From the NCBI GenBank assembly GCA_029953675.1, contig JAMWBK010000010.1, forward strand, positions 992,001-1,056,000: 64,000 bases of DNA, given 5' to 3'. The stretch is from Rhodosorus marinus CCMP1338 (Eukaryota > Plantae > Rhodophyta). Positions 56,621-64,000 of the stretch are shown one piece after another; the stretch's first letter is position 1, and each line of letters starts with the position of its first letter. The translations under genes and the position numbers were made by a program. The notes beneath the pieces are model-generated. The model saw only the letters and a list, made by a program, of their open reading frames with translations. It was not told where the DNA came from and searched no databases.

Positions 56621-57518
56621 CTTCACTGCTCCAGATGCTGCGTTCTGGTACCACAGAGAACTATTCCATTCTCTACAGCAGTCCTCCTAACCGATACGAA
56701 TTCCAGAAGCCGTCTCTCAAAAAATTTCTACTGGACAACCCCTCCTCGTATCTCTCCACCATGGCATCAAAACCCTTCATTACGTCTTCTTTTCAATCAT
56801 CATTTCCCGGTCAAAAACACAACCTCAAAACAGGTACAGAACACGACCATTACAAAACAACAACTCGAAAAACAAAAAAACCTTCAGTCACCAGATCCTA
56901 GTCCTCACACTTCCTTTTCTAGTCACTCAACCCTTCCACCCCCACTCCCGCAGCCTCCCCATCCTCCCTAACGCCAAGCTTTAGCTTTTCACTTTGCACT
57001 TCAACACGACTTTTCCCCAAACTATTTTTTTAACAAAACTAAAAAGAATTAATTCGTATATGTCAAATCCATCAATCATTGATGGGAAACGCATTTCCCG
57101 TTTCTCTAACTTGAGAGGGTCACAAGCCGACGGGAAAAAACTCCGTCTTATGAAAAACATTTATGAGCCATGATCACAGTTTTCATGTTTTCTTATCGTT
57201 TTCACTAAATGTTGATTTTGAATAAAATCCTAATCGGATCTTAATTTTTAAAATGTGTTTCGCGAGGTAGTCCGCGTAGCAGGGAGCGGGGGGCGCAGGG
57301 TGGGAGAGGTAAAGGGGTGGATGTGTAATGGCGCGAGCGGTTCGATCTCGTGAGAGAATTTTGACATCGACGGGACTGGGCAGGTGCGATGCATTGAGAT
57401 GTGTGTAGGAATACAAAAGCGAAAAAAAGGCTGAGAGATCCGGTGCGATTTCGAGGAATAAATAATAGGGTTCCAACGAGAAGTGAGAGGCGGGCAGGCG
57501 ACCAGCTGTCTGTATTAG

Positions 57519-58629
57519 CTAGTGGTTGCGGGGGACGTAAGCTATAAGGGTAGGCCCGGCCCTTCTGGGACGCTCTATTCCCACCACTTTTCGCTTGACG
57601 GAAGTCCCCACTTGCTTGACGGCGGTTGTCATGGCATGCCTCCCAACAGCGAATGCGGAATTCGATAACGCCGTTTGGAGATCCTCGTCTGTTGCCACTT
57701 TCATCGCGACGTCCAGGAGACAGTTCTCCGTTCTTGAATCTCTGAGGATTTCTTCGAGGGCCTATGTGACAGGGTTTGGGTTAATAAGAGAGAAAATAGG
57801 TCAGTGAGGTCAGCGGAAAAGTCTCCGTAACCAGCGATTACTTCTCCGTGTCACTCGAAATCGTCGCTTACCGTAATACACGATTCCCTCACTTCTTCAG
57901 AGCAACTTATCGCGTTCGTAAACTGAAATAGAACTGTTAGGATTAAGGCCGGGAGGGGGTTATCCTCTCCCGTGTCGGAAATGGACATTCGCTCCTCGCT
58001 CTTAATCCGCCTCAGGGTGCCTTGGGGATCCTCAACCATCCTTAAGACCAGTCTAGTCAACGTCTCCTCACTAAATCTCGTGAGCACGTTCCGTTCCAGG
58101 ATCTGGTCCAAAATCCTATTCGAAGTGTCTACGGCCGACTCTGTGACAATGCCAATCAACTCCTCATCTTCCATCGACTGCGCACATAGGATAAAGTTGT
58201 TGACCACGTTAGCGTGAGACACTCAAAATCAGCTAAAATTTTTGGAGCTCCTCTTACTTTCTGCACCAATTTTGTCATAATGGATCTCATTCTTGCAGAC
58301 AGCATCAGCTCCTCAACATACTGCATGACAAAATCTGGTGTTTTCCTGCAAATGGCGAAGTACCAACGAGTCAGAAACTCTTCAACGTGAATCAGCTGCA
58401 CTTGAATCATTCCTGCTTACAATGTAATCAGCAAGTAGTATCCCGCAATGCCGAAATACGTTGCTCCCAGAAGCACCACTACGGCAATCGCAACACCCGA
58501 ACCCCCAACTGCAACGCAGGCCGCAAGCAGTACCAAACCAGATGCAAGAATAAACTGGTAATCTTTCAACCATGCCAGCAGCGACTTGGAATCCTGAACC
58601 AGGCCGATCCCATCGTGCTTCTTTTCCAT
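57519..58629 (-). CDS. Membrane-anchored hypothetical protein, possibly PXA-domain-like
   Basis: N-terminal hydrophobic segments (FILASGLVLLAACVAVGG, AIAVVVLLGATYFGIAGYYLL), then EEFLTRWYFAIC resembling a PXA start, then further helical exons. The domain call is weak. Confidence 0.5.
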
Positions 58630-59850
58630 CCGAACCCAGGGCAACCTCGCAAAACTTCCAAACCACCACAGAAACAGGAACGGCCAAACTTCAGCCAAAT
58701 CAAGGTCTAAGACAAGTTCCCCAAAGCCCACGACTCACGGAATTCATCTATACCTCTCCCTCACACGACAACAAAAAAGAAAATCTATGGCAATACATGA
58801 GGAAGACACCCTCGCCCGTTAAGCGCTTCCATCCCTCATAAGGGTCTTCAGTCCAGCTACACACAATCACTAGACTTTTTGGTCCCCTCGTGACGAAACA
58901 GTGAAAGGCGTTTCCCCAGTGGACACCGCGTCGGGAGCGTGAAACTGACTTTCGGTAAGGGTCAGCTGATTCTATGCGAGGTGTTTGGGTTCGTCTGGGT
59001 TCGTCTGAAAAGGTCTCCCCCGGGGGATCTCATCCATATCGCCTGGTGACCATCAACCGCCACAAAGCCCATACCATTCTCTTATAACCGCTTCAACAAG
59101 CGCAGCTCCGCTTCCGAAGTCGAAAATACTGTTTTTTCTCAATATGGTGATCCAAATAAAATAAGTTTTAAGAACAAATTAGTTTGGTTCAAATAGCCCC
59201 AAAATTGTTAGATTCTGTACGAAATATTTTTCTCTCACGGGGTGTTTTCTATACCGAAATTTTAAGTGTAACAACAGTGAGACTCCATGCGCCAACGGCA
59301 ACAAAAATTTTCAGGGGTTTTTTTTATGTTTTGTTCTGTTTTTATTTTAAGGTTTATATAAAACTTAAAAGATTTTCGTATCTAAACTTTATACACCCAG
59401 AATTACTGTATTCGTACAATATACTGTATTCGTGAAAAAATATTTTTCGAAGTAAATCGGGCAGTAAAAATGTCTACTAACCGGATGGCACTTAGATCGT
59501 AATATTCCATAACTTTCTTTTGGTTCGTTTTTTATTCATGTTTCAGTGAGAGAATTTGTCCACTATTGGTTGAAAAAAATTGAAATGTTTTAAACTTAGA
59601 CCACATCATTCGAACACTCGTTACACCTATTTTTGGAACATTGGTTGCAGGTTTTGGCGTTTGGTCTGTCCTGAATTCAGGCAAGGAGTTTTGGAGAGGG
59701 GGGGCGGGGAGGATTGGGATCATGGGGGGATGAAGAAGTGGGGGGGTTGGATTGAGCTTGAGAGGAAGGAAAGGGTTTGGAATGTACTAATTTCTTAAGT
59801 TTCAAAGGGTTCTGAAGGAAGCATTGAGGGACGGGACCTTCCCCGCAAGG

Positions 59851-60590
59851 ATGGCTCGGACTCCGAGGCGTTCGGTGCTTGGGTACAAGCTTACCTGGCT
59901 GTACCTCTGCTTTGGTGCAGCTACGTTGATATTTCTAGCAATGATGTTCGGCCTGCATACTTCTATCGGCGCTTTGTAAGTTTGCATTGAAGAATTTGAT
60001 ACCAGCGTACTTGCCACAGCCGCTTGTCTCCCACGGAGGAAATCCGTTTTGCTTTTGCTAACAGCGCCTGCAAGGCCAAATCCATTGAAACCGTTCTCGA
60101 CTCGTTGTGCTGCTTTGGTTTGCAGAGAATCGCGGCGAGTAGAAAATGTGAGAGAGACTTTGAGCAGCCCAAATTCGGGCGAGTCCCCGCTTGGAATTCT
60201 TGATGGCTTGGAACAAGTTGACCCAGCCTTGATCCTCAAATTAGATATCTACGCACCGGTTAGCTGAGGCTTGAAGGCCTTGCCGGAGCTGAAGGACACA
60301 CTTAATTCAATCAGCAGCAAATCGCTTCAGGTACCGTGAGAATAATTGGAAACTGCTTGGGTTGTGACCCGTTCTTGTTGGTATCTAACGCTCCCTTCTT
60401 TTCTTCTTGAATTGGGGTTCTACAGCTGAAGAAACCGTTCAACTACTCTGTGGTATCAAGACTATCGGCCAGATTCGTCCTGCTGGGCGAGGATGACATT
60501 GAACTGTTTCAAATCACAACGGAGCAAACTCAAGTGTTGAAAACAGAGGAGTTTAAAGCCTTCCTTAAGTATGGGGGATTTACTGACTAG
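59851..60590 (+). CDS. Small single-pass membrane protein, hypothetical, multi-exon
   Basis: MARTPRRSVLGYKLTWLYLCFGAATLIFLAMMFGL followed by a GTAAGT donor and CTAAC/AG acceptor. The last exon ends KAFLKYGGFTD*. Confidence 0.55.
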
Positions 60591-60858
60591 TTTCCGCTCG
60601 AAAGTTATGCATGCAGTGTTGAGTGTTGATTGATGGTATCCTGGATGTTCTGGTGTGGCTGTGTATGCCCTAGTTTGTTCATGGACCAAGTATGTTTTCT
60701 GTGACGTTGATTAGCCGGAAACCCTAAGAGGAGGCCGTTGACTGAGTAAATTATACAACGTTCGTGTTTACTTGGATACCGTCCAACAATCTTGCCGCGC
60801 AGGGCGGACATAGATACTGATTTATCAATTTATATATATAAGATTTGGCGCTTCTTCA

Positions 60859-62448
60859 TCAAAGTAGGTGCAACGGAGACAAGGCGTTGACATTGCTGGC
60901 ATAAATACTGTGCCGTCTAATCGACCGGTTCCAAGTCATGATCACCGCATGCTGTGTGAGTTCCGGGAGAAAAGGTCAATAACTCAATGCGACCTTCGCA
61001 AACGCGTGTATGAATTAACTCACCTGCATAAACAGCGTGCATGTGAACAGAGCAAGCCAACTGTAACCCATCGGAAAGCAAAAGAAGTATAAATGGAACG
61101 TGAAGAAGTACGCGGAAAGAAGCTGCTGAAGGCGTTTCTCATTTGCCCAATGTCTCGCGTTCACAAGGAGGACAACTTCCCTCATCCATGCGACCAACAC
61201 AACCATGAAGCTAAAGAACAGGTCCTCGAAAAACTCCCTCAGAAAGTAGAGAACACCGGTAATAATGGGAACAAAGACGATGGCGTCCAATGCGTAGTGA
61301 ACAATCACCTCAAGTGCAGAGCACGAGATCTAAATAGAAACCGGAGGACACACGATTGGTTAGTGGGACTGGCGTAGAGTACCCAGCACAAGCGCCTGTG
61401 CGAGGAAACTTGAACGGTACCTGAGACAGCATGTACGCTCGGAGGTCCACAGACAGCTTCAAGATTCGAACCTGAATGTGTCTTAATGAGAACGTGATGA
61501 GTCCACTCATCGTATGCATGAGAAACAAGGATGTCACACAAGCAGCAAACTTTCCTCTGTAAACACTCCACCTGCAGATGGAGAATGAGACGCCCGTGTC
61601 AGTTTCTGTCGAAGCTCTCGAATGGTTCCCAACGAAATCGACACCCCATCCACAAAGGAAGCGAGAGCACTCACCAGTTGTTGTCAGCTGGTGGTTCTAA
61701 TGGATAAAGCTTGTGGTCTGAATAGCCGTACAAATACCCCCTCATTTTCTCCTTCTCGACGGCCCTCCTGAAAACGTTCAGCAAGATTACCTCATGACCT
61801 AAAACGTACTTAATGAGTGACTTTGACGCGAACGAGCCAAAGCATTGGCTGTCCGGTTCGATCACCACTTCATGAAGGCCTATCTGACTGCCCGATATTT
61901 GCTCCCGGGGAACTAGCAAAAGTCTTCTATCCGTAGAAAACCTAAAAGCCGTGCTATCCTCTATCCTGCCATCCTCCCCTCTCTTCTCCGCCTTGGACAA
62001 GTTTCTATTCACCTGCACAACGAAAAGAAACAGCTTGAGAGCGGGGATACGCGATGGTGAAGTCTACCCTCACAAAAATCCACAACTGCTCCCTTCTCTT
62101 AGTCTTGGCCAACTCCTGGAAGCAATTGTTCAGCAGCCCGTCGCAAGTTCTTCACCCAAGCAGTAGAGCTCACACGCCCTTACTTTCGATTTCAATTCAG
62201 AAGGAAAGTATGCTTACCCTAAGCTCAAGAATCTGAGCTTCTCCGGACAACGCCGTAATAGCCTCCGCCACCTCCGCATCACACGCACCGTACTTCACAA
62301 ACGACACATGCTGAGAGATCAGCATTCCAAGCAATCCCACTCCTATGAAGAAGTACAGTACTTCCAGAAAACCCAGAACCTGCCCACCCAGCACCCTCCA
62401 TACCAGACTCCGAACATGCAGCTCGTTGTGGACAGGCCTGGAGTCCAT
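60859..62448 (-). CDS. TMEM259: Membralin (TMEM259) homologue, multi-exon
   Basis: FLEVLYFFIGVGLLGMLISQHVSFV, CFGSFASKSLIKYVLGHEVIL, SLRHIQVRILKLSVDL and VFVPIITGVLYFLREFFEDLFFSF, matching my recollection of membralin blocks. Confidence 0.8.
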
Positions 62449-64000
62449 GACCCGTCTTCGCTCAAAGCTCCAGGTCACACACAAAACACAACTCTCCCGG
62501 GGCAACCTTTTCCCACGAAAACACCCGTTCCTCCCTACCCAACTAACCGAACAGGATACCTCGCGACGTCAACTAGAGACTTCTATAAACTAGTACAACC
62601 AATTGACTCTGTTTCCTTCCTTAACATGGCCTTTCATCCATTTTTCTAATCATAAAAGTTTTTTTCCACCATCACCATTTCCCCCCCTCCCCTCCGCCTG
62701 CCTACTTTTGCCTCCCCTTCCTGTTCCTCTACTGCGCTCCGTAGTGTTCAGACCCTCTGCCAGCGAAGCCTTCAGCCAAATGACAACGTACAAACTTGAT
62801 GTGTTTGCCAAGACAAAAAAAAAGCTCTCTTAAAAATGAAATAAATCAACGAGGATTGTCCTCTCGGAGGCAATTGTTTTGAGCAGATTCACAAAATTAT
62901 CCAATAAAATGGAAAGGAGCGGTTAGATCCAAATATTTTACATCCAATAGATAATCCTTTTTTGGTTTAACACATGTTATTACTCATATCTTAAAGTGTT
63001 GGAAACTATTACAGAAATTTTGTTAAGTTGTTTTGGGGGTAAATGAACGGGGGTGTGATTTAGTATCCCCCCCAATTTGCCACAATAGGAGGGGGGGAGG
63101 GAGGGGGAACCGGGGGAGACCGGTGTCGGTCTTCCAATCTTTGCGAAAAATTTGTACAGGGGGTAAGAGGATTACCAGGCAACACGACTACGACAAGCGC
63201 ACCCTTCATGATATGAACATTATAAATTAATATTTATGTCAATAGAAAATAAATACTATATGATGTATTTTAGAATTTTATTACGCAGTTTTATATAAGA
63301 TAATTTTGTGCTTCATATTTATTATATAAGTCACTATATGATAAATAGTTTATCCTCCACCTCACCGCCTTTCGTCGTAGGGAATCTCTTTTCCCAAGGG
63401 AACGAGATTTCGAGAACTCGACCACTACTCATACCCCCCTTGTGGGATAGACTCAATGTTTTCATTATTCTAAATTATTTTTGGGGTGAACGTAGTGCCG
63501 CACTGTTTCATTTTACTCTGGTTCTTCAGCAAATCATCCATTGGTCGAGGGTATGAACTACCCACGATATTGTTTTTAAAAATCACTATAGGGATGTAAA
63601 ACTTTTTTCTATTGTTTTTACTTGACCGAGTAGATGCTGGACGAAATCTGGTCATCTATAAAAGGATGAATTGCATAAATAAATTCGAGTCACACGCACG
63701 TTGATCGCTCACGTAAAAAATTTATTTACTATTTCCTCTCTAGGTCAATGGGTCAATCATTATTGTATATCTTCGCAAGATGATTGATTTAGCTAGAATT
63801 CCCCTCGCAGGGCCTCTCTAAGCAGGCACCACTTTTTTGAGCCTTTTTTGAGCTCTTTCCCAAATACATAGTGAGAGACGAGTGGAGAACCGGTTTAACC
63901 TTTTTTAGAACAGAAGACTGACAAAAGTAGGAGGTTATCCTTTTCTTCCTCGCCTTTTGTTGCTTATTTCGGGATGCCCCAGCTACATGCGGCAAGGAAG

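Noticed and set aside
57380-57470. Pair of 25-26-nt GT-AG mini-introns both starting GTGCGAT
   Set aside because: Introns in confident genes here are about 50-100 nt with branch sites, and the spliced product is only ~35 aa with no homology; likely chance.
58980-59435. Short direct repeats (tgggttcgtc x2; tactgtattcgt x2)
   Set aside because: Two-copy 10-12-bp duplications in intergenic DNA are common slippage products, with no other support for function.

Overview
This window is eukaryotic nuclear DNA from a compact, intron-rich genome with short GT-AG introns (about 50-100 nt, often with a CT(A/G)AC branch site). A red alga is my best guess from 18S signatures and transit-peptide-like N-termini; this is inference, not a database match. 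It has four zones. (1) 1-5.7 kb: decayed DNA including scrambled Ty1/copia pol remnants. (2) 6.5-32.9 kb: housekeeping genes: an RRM/eIF4B-like protein, H2A.X-type histone, exportin-1, POLD3, organellar TyrRS, NUFIP1-like, DOT1-like methyltransferase, cyclin L, a membrane protein and an LTA4H-like M1 aminopeptidase. (3) 28.9-48.3 kb, overlapping zone 2: a single, non-tandem 18S-5.8S-28S rDNA unit among decayed repeat-protein genes (three pentapeptide-repeat tracts, one LRR tract, weaker Hsp20-like and WD40-like pieces). It is followed by a ~220-bp tandem duplication and three ~0.8-kb near-identical copies arranged forward/reverse/forward; the middle copy is a mosaic of the other two. (4) 48.8-62.5 kb: housekeeping genes again: PPR protein, mitochondrial carrier, DYRK kinase, PXA-like, a small membrane protein and membralin. 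I found no tRNA, 5S, CRISPR array or intact transposon. I cannot establish a new biological system from sequence alone. The best candidates are the rDNA-adjacent inverted triplet with its structured core, the orphan rDNA unit and the pentapeptide/LRR remnants around it. Spans of spliced genes are approximate; exon boundaries were not fully resolved.
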